This document shows positions 19,634 through 29,416 of a stretch of 44,618 nt of DNA, in pieces. A model generated the notes under the pieces. It was not told the origin of the DNA, ran no database searches, and saw only the letters and a list, made by a program, of their open reading frames with translations. The position numbers were made by a program, and so were the translations under genes. The stretch is from Promethearchaeia archaeon (GTDB lineage: Archaea > Asgardarchaeota > Lokiarchaeia > Sigyniarchaeales > SOKP01), in assembly GCA_029856155.1 (NCBI GenBank), contig JAHQWL010000039.1:1-44618 (forward strand), in the 5' to 3' direction. The stretch's first letter is position 1; each line of letters begins with the position of its first letter.

Positions 19634-20830
19634 ATATCTTTCGATTTTGAATTAATTTCACTCGAAAAGTCTTTTGAAGAAAGACCTAATAGATCAATTG
19701 ATGAAGAAGTCAAAAAGTTTAAGGAATATATTCAAGAAAGAAGAGTGAAATGGACAGAAGAAGAAAAAATCGAATTAGAAACAGATAAATTTGACAATGA
19801 TGAAAGTCTTAAAAATACTAATTCCATATTTATTGAAATGCCTCATCATATAATTGAGGGTGAATTAACAGAATATATCGATGATGGTTATAAAGTGATA
19901 GGGTTTGATGAGAGTTCAAATACATTTAGCGGTACTTATGCTAGATTAGCATCATTTAAATTTGGAGAGTGTCAGATTATGTTCAAAAATGGTGAATATC
20001 ATATAGAAAAAATCATGTACAAGCCAATTAGTACCTATATTGAAGATAATGAACACAAACTCATCATTTATCAAACTGTAATTGAAAATTTTATAAAAAC
20101 TATTAAAAGAGACTTCTATATTGGCAAATTAAAAGACAAGGTAGATAAGCTAATCGTTTGGTATAATTCAACATATAAAAAAAAAATTGAAGACCATATC
20201 AATGCTCATGATTTTTATTATCCTACTTTAGGTCATGTGATTGATAGAATAAGAACTGCTGATGAAATTTTAAAAACTCTTATTCGAATTAAAGATGAAA
20301 GTAATTGGGGGAAAAAGAAAAATATTGTATTTCTTGGTGATGGAATACAAATGTTTCGCCGGCATATTTTCCCCCCAAGTGCTTTTACTGAATTTTTTTA
20401 TCGATTTATTGAGACCTATGAAATCAAGTATTATAGTTTTTCAAAAACTTGTCGTTTACGGGATGCACAAGGTAATTTTATATTACCAATTTGGGCAGAG
20501 ATATTAGAGAAAAGTAACTTTTTAATTGAATTACCTGATCTCTCAATTTATACTAAAAGTAAAGCATATATAACAAGATTGCAGGAAGAGAACTCTGCTC
20601 TTAGATTTGATATTTGTGATTATTTAGATACGAAGGATGCTATAAATGCTCTTAAAAATTTAATACCTTATTCTCCACGAGGATATCCTTTGTGTTTAAA
20701 TGGCGCGCATGAAGCTAGTACTTTACTAGTGTCCGAATACAACAAATTAGAGGCTGCCTTTTTGGAGCTTCAGTTCAACAAAAAAACTAAAAAATACACA
20801 CAAGAATGGAGGAAAAAAGTATTAGGATAG
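19634..20830 (+). CDS. nurA: NurA family nuclease
   Basis: IGFDES, FLGDG, SFSK, LRFD, GYP..L..AH motifs. The ORF track starts at GTG 19745, but the frame is open back to ATA 19634 behind AGGTGA. Confidence 0.8.
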   Translation: MSFDFELISLEKSFEERPNRSIDEEVKKFKEYIQERRVKWTEEEKIELETDKFDNDESLKNTNSIFIEMPHHIIEGELTEYIDDGYKVIGFDESSNTFSGTYARLASFKFGECQIMFKNGEYHIEKIMYKPISTYIEDNEHKLIIYQTVIENFIKTIKRDFYIGKLKDKVDKLIVWYNSTYKKKIEDHINAHDFYYPTLGHVIDRIRTADEILKTLIRIKDESNWGKKKNIVFLGDGIQMFRRHIFPPSAFTEFFYRFIETYEIKYYSFSKTCRLRDAQGNFILPIWAEILEKSNFLIELPDLSIYTKSKAYITRLQEENSALRFDICDYLDTKDAINALKNLIPYSPRGYPLCLNGAHEASTLLVSEYNKLEAAFLELQFNKKTKKYTQEWRKKVLG

Positions 20831-20877
20831 TAAAATTTTTATTAATGTTACTAAAATAAAACAGAGATGTATTTAAA

Positions 20878-22185
20878 ATGGTTAAGATAATTCATATGGC
20901 AGATACTCATCTTGGGTATAGAGCAAGGAGAGGAACAATTAATAAGTGGGCGATTGATAATTATTCAAAACCTTATGAACAAGAAATTTATGATTGCTTT
21001 TTATCTGTCATGGAACAGATTTCTAAAATTAAAGGCATCGATTTTCTTGTTCACTGTGGCGACATTTTTCATCAACCTTCTCAATATAGTTCATATCCAC
21101 CTCCTGAACCCGCAAGAAGAATTTTAATACAAGGTTTACAAATTTTTTTTGATAATACAAAAAATCAAGTTCCATTTATATATATTGAAGGAAATCATGG
21201 AGTTTTTCGGGGATATGAATATACTCCCTTAGAATCACATCTTAATAAAGATCAATATCCAAACCTATATTATTTTAAAGAGCGAGATCTAATAGAAGCC
21301 ATTAAATCAAATATTCCATTATCCTTAGAATTCGCTGATAAGAAAGTAAGATTCTATTTATTTCCATATTTCGAATTTAAAAGTTTTGAAACTTATACAT
21401 CTGCTTATGATAATTGGATAAAAAACCAACAACCAAAGGATAACAAATACATTAATATTGCCGTAGCTCACGGTTCTGCGAGCGATGATACATTACACAG
21501 CAAAGTTAATTCTGATGATTTTAACTATGATTATGTTGCTTTAGGGCATGAACATGGATATAAACGTTTATCAAAAAATCATTACTATTCGGGAGGGTTA
21601 TTACCTCTGAATTTCAAAGAAAGGTACGAAAATCAAGGTTATCTCATTGTAGATATTAATGAGAGTACAAAAGAATTAATAGTGAAAAGAATCTCTACGG
21701 ATGAATTACTAAAGAGACCATTTGGAATTATAGATATTGATGCTAAAGCTAAATATTCCATTACAGATCTAGAAAACCACATTTTAAATGAAATAAATAA
21801 GTTTATGGGAGAAGGGAATTTCAATCATCAGACATCTGCTAGGTTAAAATTAAATATTAAAGGTGAAATGACATTTGAGAAGAATTGGCAAATTAATGAG
21901 ATGATGGCTAAAATTCGAAGAAATTTATTTTCTCATCCTGATGAACATAACATATTGCAATTAATCTGGAAAGTGTTGGATATTTCTGAAACTCTTGAAG
22001 ATGATCTAAGTACAGGATTAATTCTCGATTATATCCTTGAAAAGCCAGATGATGAATTTAAAACTTTTGTGAGAGAAAAACTGAGTGAAGATGAAACAGA
22101 ATATGATATTGAAAAGTTAACTGATTATGGGATGAACGCGATAAAGAGAGCCCTAAGACTAATGGAGAAAGAAAAAGAGGTATAG
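20878..22185 (+). CDS. mre11: Mre11/SbcD metallophosphoesterase nuclease
   Basis: HMADTHLG, GDIF, GNH, AHG, YDYVALGHEH, YSG motifs; directly precedes rad50. Confidence 0.9.
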   Translation: MVKIIHMADTHLGYRARRGTINKWAIDNYSKPYEQEIYDCFLSVMEQISKIKGIDFLVHCGDIFHQPSQYSSYPPPEPARRILIQGLQIFFDNTKNQVPFIYIEGNHGVFRGYEYTPLESHLNKDQYPNLYYFKERDLIEAIKSNIPLSLEFADKKVRFYLFPYFEFKSFETYTSAYDNWIKNQQPKDNKYINIAVAHGSASDDTLHSKVNSDDFNYDYVALGHEHGYKRLSKNHYYSGGLLPLNFKERYENQGYLIVDINESTKELIVKRISTDELLKRPFGIIDIDAKAKYSITDLENHILNEINKFMGEGNFNHQTSARLKLNIKGEMTFEKNWQINEMMAKIRRNLFSHPDEHNILQLIWKVLDISETLEDDLSTGLILDYILEKPDDEFKTFVREKLSEDETEYDIEKLTDYGMNAIKRALRLMEKEKEV

Positions 22186-22192
22186 CCTATCT

Positions 22193-24286
22193 ATGTTGCT
22201 CACTAAGCTTACTTTTAAGAATTTCATGGGTTATAAACAATTAAATTTGCCAAAAGGGGGCGAAGATTTGCCCAATGGACTGATACTTATAAGCGGAAAA
22301 AATTCTTATGGAAAATCAACAATCTTGGAGGGAATTCTTTTTGCATTTTTTGGACCGAGGATCTTTAAAGGAAGAAACGCAGAATCATTTATAACCTATG
22401 GCGCGCAAAAATCCGAGATCTATGTGTATTTCACCCTTGACAAGAAAAAATATTATATCTTTCGAAAATGGGGTAGAACAGGAAGTATTACAACAAAATT
22501 ATTTGAATTACCAGAAAATAAGACAAACTATCAGGAAGTAAAACGTTTTAATGTTGAAAAATTTTTTGAAATTTCATCAGAACAAGCAATGAGTACTGTT
22601 TTCGTTCGCCAAGGAGAGGTAGAAGAATTGGCTAATAAAAAAGGAGCAGAGTTACGAGAGATGTTAATTGATTTATTTCGTTTGAATATTATTGATGTTG
22701 CTCTTTCTTTTTTAGATAATGAATCTAAAGGAAAAAAATATGAAAAAGAAAATCTTGAAAAATCAAGGGTACCCATAGAGAGGATTAAAGAAGATATCTA
22801 TCATATAGAAAAAGAAAATAATCAATTCAAAGATATTATTACAGAAAAAGAGAAAAAAAAAGATATTTTTGAACAAGAAATTAGGGATTTTCCTACAAAT
22901 GAATTAATCTCAGAGTTAGAAAATTTATATAATCAAAAGGAAATTGCACATGATAAATATTTATCATATGAAAATGATTTTAAAGCAAAAATCAAGAAAA
23001 CAGATCTAAATCTTGATGATTTTGATTCTCAAGATACAATTTTTAATAAAATAAAATCATTAGAAGAGAATGACTTAAGATTAAAAAGAAATAAAGATAA
23101 ATTAGACAAGAAAAGAGAAGCAACATTTAGAGGTTTAGGGAAAACAAAGGGAAGAATAGAAGACATAAAAAAATCTATGAATAAAATGGAGAAAAGTCTA
23201 AAATTTACGAAAAAGAAAGAGGGAAAAGAAATTGCTCAATGTCCGACTTGCCAAAATGAGTTGACAAAAGAGCATTATGATGAAATGATTATGAAATTCA
23301 CTAATGATATTAAAATTAATCAAGATAGGATTGATTCCATCACTCAAATTTTGGCTAATTTTGATAAGGAGATAAAACCGCTTCAAGATAAATTAGATAA
23401 AATTAAAAAAAACATAACAATATATCAAGTTCTTAAAGATGATTTCCAGAATTATAAAAAATATGAATCTGAATCAAAAAAAATTGAAAATGAGATAAAA
23501 ATTTTTCTTTCGAAAAATGGAACTAAATTTAAAGATTCGAGTATCGAAGGGATCAAAAAACTATCAATTGAAAAGGAGAAATTCTCTACAGAGCTTAAAG
23601 CTCTATTAAATGATTTAAAAGAGAAACAAACAAAACTTCAAAATAATCAAGAAAGAATAGAAAAATTACAAAATGAAATTCAAAAAATGAAAGATTTAGC
23701 AAAAAAAATCGGGGAATTTGAAGTTGATATAGATCATATTAATAAAGCAAAAGAATTTGTCCGTAGATTTGTAACTGAATATATGGTTGTAAAACGGTTA
23801 GTGAAAAACATTGCGTTAACTACTGATAAATATATAAAAGATTTTACGTCTGGACAATATAGTGATTTACTACTTGATTTAAGTGGAACAAGAAAAACAG
23901 GGTTGTCTCTTAGAATTAGAGATAATTATAATGGAGAATATGAATCCACAGAGATTCTTTCAGGAGGAGATCGCACTGCTTTAGGAATTGCGTTACGTCT
24001 CGCAATATCGGAATTAATGAGTACAATTCGTCCCACAAAAGATTCACCAAGAAAAAATCCAAAAGTTGACTTTCTTCTATTAGATGAACCATTAGCAGCT
24101 TTGGATGAAACTCGAAGAGAGCGAATTCTCAAGCATTTAATAAAATCTAAATCATTTTCTCAAATTTTTCTTATTACTCATACTACCATCCCACATGATA
24201 TATCTACTTCCAAAATAGTTGTTGAAAAAGATTTGTCTACAGGAATAAGCCGAGCTAGATATGAAAAACCCTCAATGATTATTTAA
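22193..24286 (+). CDS. rad50: Rad50/SbcC SMC-like ATPase
   Basis: NFMGY, GKNSYGKS Walker A, RQGE Q-loop, central CPTC zinc hook, LSGG signature, LLLDEP Walker B, ITH. Confidence 0.92.
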   Translation: MLLTKLTFKNFMGYKQLNLPKGGEDLPNGLILISGKNSYGKSTILEGILFAFFGPRIFKGRNAESFITYGAQKSEIYVYFTLDKKKYYIFRKWGRTGSITTKLFELPENKTNYQEVKRFNVEKFFEISSEQAMSTVFVRQGEVEELANKKGAELREMLIDLFRLNIIDVALSFLDNESKGKKYEKENLEKSRVPIERIKEDIYHIEKENNQFKDIITEKEKKKDIFEQEIRDFPTNELISELENLYNQKEIAHDKYLSYENDFKAKIKKTDLNLDDFDSQDTIFNKIKSLEENDLRLKRNKDKLDKKREATFRGLGKTKGRIEDIKKSMNKMEKSLKFTKKKEGKEIAQCPTCQNELTKEHYDEMIMKFTNDIKINQDRIDSITQILANFDKEIKPLQDKLDKIKKNITIYQVLKDDFQNYKKYESESKKIENEIKIFLSKNGTKFKDSSIEGIKKLSIEKEKFSTELKALLNDLKEKQTKLQNNQERIEKLQNEIQKMKDLAKKIGEFEVDIDHINKAKEFVRRFVTEYMVVKRLVKNIALTTDKYIKDFTSGQYSDLLLDLSGTRKTGLSLRIRDNYNGEYESTEILSGGDRTALGIALRLAISELMSTIRPTKDSPRKNPKVDFLLLDEPLAALDETRRERILKHLIKSKSFSQIFLITHTTIPHDISTSKIVVEKDLSTGISRARYEKPSMII

Positions 24287-24317
24287 AAAATTAAATTTAC
24301 ATGTAGAAATAGAAAAT

Positions 24318-24334
24318 AAAAAAAAAGGTTTTTT
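24318..24334. terminator. Probable bidirectional T-tract terminator between convergent rad50 and histone genes
   Basis: A9-GG-T6 gives an oligo-T on both strands. Confidence 0.4.
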
Positions 24335-24346
24335 AAGCAAGGAGAT

Positions 24347-24541
24347 TTATAAATCTCTTGCCTTTACTGTCTTTCTATTATTAGCTTTTGCTCGTCTTAT
24401 AGCATTATCAAGATGTTCCATTATGATTGCATTTAAAGTGTCCCCATCAAGAACACCACTGCTAGTGTTGCACCCTTTACCCTTAATAAATTCTCTTACT
24501 TTAGATTTAACATACAAAGGTTCTGAAGCCTTTTTCGCCAT
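24347..24541 (-). CDS. Short histone-fold protein (truncated alpha3; face-to-face/bacterial-type histone class)
   Basis: LYVKSKVREFIK...NTS...AIRRAKANNRKTVKARDL with the RxTxxxxD histone motif at the very C-terminus; AGGAAG SD 6 nt upstream. Confidence 0.85.
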   Translation of the reverse strand: MAKKASEPLYVKSKVREFIKGKGCNTSSGVLDGDTLNAIIMEHLDNAIRRAKANNRKTVKARDL

Positions 24542-24961
24542 TTTTATCTTCCTCTTTTAGAATTTTTTTAGTGATTTAATTAAAATCGGATTTAAAATTG
24601 AAACAAATTATGTTTTGTTAATTATTATTTTCCTAGCTGTATTATTAAATGTTTGTGATTTTAGCAAAAAATTCATAATTTCCCTTCTATTTCAAGAAAA
24701 CTGACAGAAATCATACAATTTTAGTTTACAAAGAGATTTATTAATAAGATAATATCTTTTTAAATAATAACCGTTTAATAAAAATCATTCTTCTCTTCTT
24801 TCATAAATAAAATATAATTAAAGAATTATCATAATTTTGTTTTTTAAGTAAAAAATATTTTTAAAGAAGCAATTTAGAATAAATTGAGTGTATTAAAATA
24901 CTTAAAAAAAAAGTAAAAAATGTGTTATTTTGATTCAGCGAATTTAAGTCAATTCTACTGT

Positions 24962-25240
24962 TTATTTCGGTGGAGCAAGTACAATTTCAATGCTTGAAAC
25001 ATTATTATTTTGTCCATTTTCTCCTTCTAATTGTTCAGTGCTTAATTTAATGTCCTTATATTCTGTACCTTTTAAGAATCGATTTCTCAAGATTTCACAT
25101 ACATCAACAGCATGAGAAATAGCTCTACCTCGAGCTTTAACTGTACAGTCCTCGCCTTTATTAAGGATCATCATAGTGGCCATCACATAGTTCATGGTTG
25201 GGCGACGACCAACAAAGACAGCATTTTCTTCTTTTGCCAT
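24962..25240 (-). CDS. albA: DNA/RNA-binding protein Alba
   Basis: VFVGRRPTMNYV, VKARGRAISHAVDV, NVSSIEIVL. Confidence 0.96.
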   Translation of the reverse strand: MAKEENAVFVGRRPTMNYVMATMMILNKGEDCTVKARGRAISHAVDVCEILRNRFLKGTEYKDIKLSTEQLEGENGQNNNVSSIEIVLAPPK

Positions 25241-25495
25241 TTTAATTTCCTCTTTAGTTTTTAATTTTTAATTGTATTCCTTTACTTTTTTTGCTAACTT
25301 GCGTTTGCGTATTACGTTTTGTAGTTTTATTGTATTTTTGAAGTTAAATTACGTAATAACATTTTCTTGAAATTTTAGAAATGTTTTAAATTTTATTATC
25401 AGATTAATATGGATTCTATATATTTTAAAAAAATCTAAGATATAGGGGATATTTCCTAATAAAAATAGAAAAAAAAGAGATTTAAATTCAGAAAT

Positions 25496-25711
25496 TTATA
25501 TTCCTTTTAGTTTTACACCAAGATAAAACAAAAACCATGTGAGGAAAAATAGTATTAATACTATAATGCTCCATCCATGGTATCCCGCTAATTCAAAGTT
25601 TGGTAACAAACTGGGACTTAGAAAAATCATATCAATCAAGATAAATAGTCCGAATGCCATTAAGATAAACGTAAGGATTACTATAAATTTGCTTGGTGGG
25701 GTCCATCCCAT
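25496..25711 (-). CDS. Small two-TM membrane protein
   Basis: Two hydrophobic segments; AGGTGT SD 6 nt before the ATG. Confidence 0.75.
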   Translation of the reverse strand: MGWTPPSKFIVILTFILMAFGLFILIDMIFLSPSLLPNFELAGYHGWSIIVLILFFLTWFLFYLGVKLKGI

Positions 25712-25858
25712 TTATTTACACCTAAGTTTTTTCTTTATTATTACAATTATTTTTTAAATTTATATTAAGTAATTATTTGACATAATATTTTATAAATCGA
25801 TATTAAATTTTTTAATAGATGAATAATTTATTCATAGTTATTAATTAGATTGAATTTT

Positions 25859-26560
25859 TTATTTTTTGGTGAAATCAATTTCAATTTCTCTGACTAAATC
25901 ATTATCCTTAGCTTTTGGATTATAGATTAGGTTTTTTTCTCCCTTTTTTTTGTCTTTACTATCACCCTCCTTTTTTACTATATCCCAGATGATGCTTATG
26001 AGTAGTAAAGCTGAAACAATAACTAAAAGTGGAATTAATAATCCAGAATCCGTGAGTATAATTTTTACCCATCCGATGTAGGGGATTCTTCCTACTAAAA
26101 CACCTAGAATTCTATTATCTGGAACCCAATCACCATCAGGGAATAGATTTGCATCACCTTTCGTGCGGAAAAACCAGCCATTATCATATTTTTTATCAAT
26201 AACTCTATGAACGATTGGATCAGCTGGAGCATTTGGCCAACCAGGCAACCCAACAGCATTAAATACAATAACATCACCCTCCTTTCCTTCAATTGTACCA
26301 TTCTTTATTAGGGAGGGGTCTTTTCCTTCCAAAAACAATAAATCCCCCTTAAGCAGAGTTGGTTCCATGGAGCCACTTACAACAACTACCATCGGCGTGT
26401 TTGTATGTAATGCTATTTGCATTATAAAATAGATTAGAAAAGATCCCGAAAACGCCAAAACAATTAATATAATTGCAGTAAAAATTTTCCTTTTTGAAGA
26501 AGCTTCCTTTTTCTTCAATCTTTTCTTGTTAAATGCTGATGGTAAATCCTTTTTCTCCAT
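25859..26560 (-). CDS. Signal peptidase I, archaeal/ER Sec11 type
   Basis: VVSGSMEP, GDL, IVHRV (Ser-His dyad), TKGDAN, RIPYIG; flanking TM helices. Confidence 0.93.
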   Translation of the reverse strand: MEKKDLPSAFNKKRLKKKEASSKRKIFTAIILIVLAFSGSFLIYFIMQIALHTNTPMVVVVSGSMEPTLLKGDLLFLEGKDPSLIKNGTIEGKEGDVIVFNAVGLPGWPNAPADPIVHRVIDKKYDNGWFFRTKGDANLFPDGDWVPDNRILGVLVGRIPYIGWVKIILTDSGLLIPLLVIVSALLLISIIWDIVKKEGDSKDKKKGEKNLIYNPKAKDNDLVREIEIDFTKK

Positions 26561-26780
26561 AACAAAAAAAACAGTTATCCTATGGTCAAATTAAATAAAA
26601 ATATCAATATAAATTTTCTTAACATAATTGATCAAAATTGGAATAATTAAATTCACCACTTAAAAATTTAGATTTTAAATCTTATCAAAAGAGAAACATT
26701 TTAAATAAAAAAATCTAGAATAAAATTATCTAGATTGAATGAATAACTACATTCTAATTAGGGTTAAGAACAGTAAGATT

Positions 26781-27569
26781 ATGGAAAGAAGTCAATCGTT
26801 TGAATTAAGAGACAAAAATCATAATGATATCCAAGATATAATAGAAAATGTATTAGAAAAAAACTTGTCCCTATCAACTGATTCTGAAAGATTGGGAAGT
26901 TCCTTGCTCAGAATAAATTATTTTGATAGTAAGATTGATAAAGACCAACAGAAAGATAATAGAATTACAATATTACAAGAACCAGAAAAAAGAGTCTATA
27001 TTCAAATAAACGGAAAATTGACGGATTCACAGGTGAGTCAATTATGGAATGAATTCGAGAAAAAGCTGAACATCTCAACATTTAAGCCTAAAATCAAAGA
27101 AATAGAACCTTCAAAAGAGGATATCATTCAGGAGATTAAATCTTTAATTAAATTAAAAGGATATATTGTCAAAGATGAAGATGCTCACAGATTTATAGAC
27201 AATTTCATAGAAGAATATGATAGATTACCACAAAAAAATGAATTTCATTCAATAGTCAAAGGTTATTTAATAATGGTTAATCAGGATTATTTGCTTGAAA
27301 AAACTGAACCATCTATCAAAAATGAATCCTTATTAGAAAGTAATAAACCTGTTCTAGATACTAATGGAAACAATACGTCTTTAAATTCTCAAAACAATAA
27401 TGTTCTATTATACGAAAATTCTGGTGGTCGTAGAAAATGCCCTAAATGTGGAAATGAGGGTCTTATCCATGAAATGATTGATAAAAGCGTAATAATTTTG
27501 GACTATCCAAAAATATACGGTAAGAAAAACTGCTGCGGAAATTGCGGGTGTGAATGGAGAGTGCATTAA
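26781..27569 (+). CDS. Hypothetical protein with C-terminal zinc ribbon
   Basis: CPKCGN...CGNCGCEW at the C-terminus. Start is ATG 26781 or 26739. Confidence 0.65.
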   Translation: MERSQSFELRDKNHNDIQDIIENVLEKNLSLSTDSERLGSSLLRINYFDSKIDKDQQKDNRITILQEPEKRVYIQINGKLTDSQVSQLWNEFEKKLNISTFKPKIKEIEPSKEDIIQEIKSLIKLKGYIVKDEDAHRFIDNFIEEYDRLPQKNEFHSIVKGYLIMVNQDYLLEKTEPSIKNESLLESNKPVLDTNGNNTSLNSQNNNVLLYENSGGRRKCPKCGNEGLIHEMIDKSVIILDYPKIYGKKNCCGNCGCEWRVH

Positions 27570-27757
27570 TATTTTATTTGAGATTTCTTCCCAATATTGT
27601 ATTATTATAAAATAAACTATTTATTTTTCTCTAAACTTAAAATTAAACTCTTAGATTTTAAAATTTAAATATAATTTTAAATAGTTCAGAATTTAAAATA
27701 ATGATTATAAAATTTTGAAAATATTAAAAATCACTTAGATAATCAGATTTGATAAAA

Positions 27758-28723
27758 ATGGAAGATTATGCAATTATTTATAATCCTGAATCTGGGAAAG
27801 GGAAAGGGGCAAAGAGAGATATCAATTTTATGGAAAAATGCCTTAAAGATTTAAATGTTTCATATAAGTTGTTTGAAACAGAATATATGCAACATGCTAT
27901 AGAATTGGGAACGCAATTAGCAAAAGAGGGGTTTAGAGTTATTGGAGCTGGAGGAGATGGTACATGTAATGAAGTTATGAATGGAGTCATAACCTCGAAT
28001 ACTAATGCTTTGTGTGGGTTTATTCCTATGGGATCTGGAAATGATATTCCCGCCGCTATTGGAATCGTTCCAGATATAAAGAGAGCTTGTGAAATAATTG
28101 CCGAAGGTAATAGTAGCAAATCAGATATCGGCTTTGCAAAAACAGACTCTGGTATCCAACGTTATTTCCTGGGGATTGGAAGTCAAGGTTTTGATAGTGA
28201 CGTAACCAGGAGATTTAATGAAGCAAAAAGAGGGAAAAGTTATGTTACCCAAACCCTTAAGGCTTTATTGCCTTGGAAGAATAAACAAATTAAGGTAGCT
28301 ATGGATAATGATGTTTATGAGGGATATGCTAATTGCTTAGCAGTTGCAAATGGTCCTTCATACGGAGGTTTTATGTACATCTGCCAAAGAGCTCAGATAA
28401 ATGATGGCCTTTTTCATGTAAATGTTGTGGATATTGGTAAATTTAAATTACTCAAACACTTTAATAGAATGTATAAAGCTACTCTTTTACCTCATCCGAA
28501 TATCTACGAACATACCAGTAAAAAAGTAAGAGTTGAAATGTTGGATTCTGAAGAACCTAATCCTTATATATGCCAAGTAGATGGAGAAATTTTAGATCTA
28601 TTACCTGTTAATTATGAATGTATTAAAGATGGATATGAATTTATCCGACCACAGGTAGATGAAGTAGCAGAAGCTTTTAAAAGTGAACATGGAAGATATT
28701 TCTGGGATTGTAATTATGATTGA
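27758..28723 (+). CDS. Diacylglycerol kinase family (YegS/DagK-like) lipid kinase
   Basis: YNPESG, GGDGT.NEV, PMGSGND, GFD, NG.SYGG, QVDGE. Start is ATG 27758 or TTG 27749. Confidence 0.92.
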   Translation: MEDYAIIYNPESGKGKGAKRDINFMEKCLKDLNVSYKLFETEYMQHAIELGTQLAKEGFRVIGAGGDGTCNEVMNGVITSNTNALCGFIPMGSGNDIPAAIGIVPDIKRACEIIAEGNSSKSDIGFAKTDSGIQRYFLGIGSQGFDSDVTRRFNEAKRGKSYVTQTLKALLPWKNKQIKVAMDNDVYEGYANCLAVANGPSYGGFMYICQRAQINDGLFHVNVVDIGKFKLLKHFNRMYKATLLPHPNIYEHTSKKVRVEMLDSEEPNPYICQVDGEILDLLPVNYECIKDGYEFIRPQVDEVAEAFKSEHGRYFWDCNYD

Positions 28724-28749
28724 TTCTTTTTTAAGGCTTGATAGTCAAT

Positions 28750-29373
28750 ATGCCAGAATGGGACGATATTTTTTCTGAAAAGGGTAAAGTTTTCACTGAA
28801 TCTCACCAAGATATGGAGAAAATTGCGAAACTCTTTAAAGAGAAGGGAGTACAAAAAATATTGGATATAGGTTCTGGAACTGGTCGTCACCTTTTATACT
28901 TCTCAAAAAAAGGATTTGAAGTATATGGGATGGATGCATCACCAAAAGGAATATCGATTGCTAAACAGTGGTTATTAGAGGAAAATCTAAATGCTGAAAT
29001 AATCCTTCATAGAATAGAAGAAAAATTTCCCTTTGAAGACAATTTTTTTGATGCAATTATCTCAATCCAAGTTATCCACCATAATAAAATGAAAGAAATA
29101 TTAATAACAATAAGCGAAATTGAGAGAGTTTTAAAAAAAGGAGGGATGATCTTTATAACATTCCCTAGATTAGAAAGCAGATCTGGATTAGATAAATGGG
29201 AATTAATGGAGATTGAAAAAAATACATATATCCCCCAAGCAGGACAAGAAAAGGGACTTCCGCATCATTTTTTCACTATAGAGGAAATTCACGATTTATT
29301 TAGATCATTTGACTTATTAGAAATCTATGATGATAGAAAAAGACATCGAGCAATTTTGGGTATTAAAAATTAA
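28750..29373 (+). CDS. Class I SAM-dependent methyltransferase
   Basis: ILDIGSGTGRH, GMDAS, PFEDNFFDAII, RVLKKGG. Confidence 0.9.
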   Translation: MPEWDDIFSEKGKVFTESHQDMEKIAKLFKEKGVQKILDIGSGTGRHLLYFSKKGFEVYGMDASPKGISIAKQWLLEENLNAEIILHRIEEKFPFEDNFFDAIISIQVIHHNKMKEILITISEIERVLKKGGMIFITFPRLESRSGLDKWELMEIEKNTYIPQAGQEKGLPHHFFTIEEIHDLFRSFDLLEIYDDRKRHRAILGIKN

Positions 29374-29416
29374 AATTTTTCTAATTTTTGAAGCCAAAGA
29401 ATTCTAACTATAAAAA

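Noticed and set aside
24542-24961. 420-bp gap between histone and alba as a possible ncRNA or replication origin
   Set aside because: It is extremely AT-rich with no visible stable stems, ORB-like repeats or adjacent cdc6.
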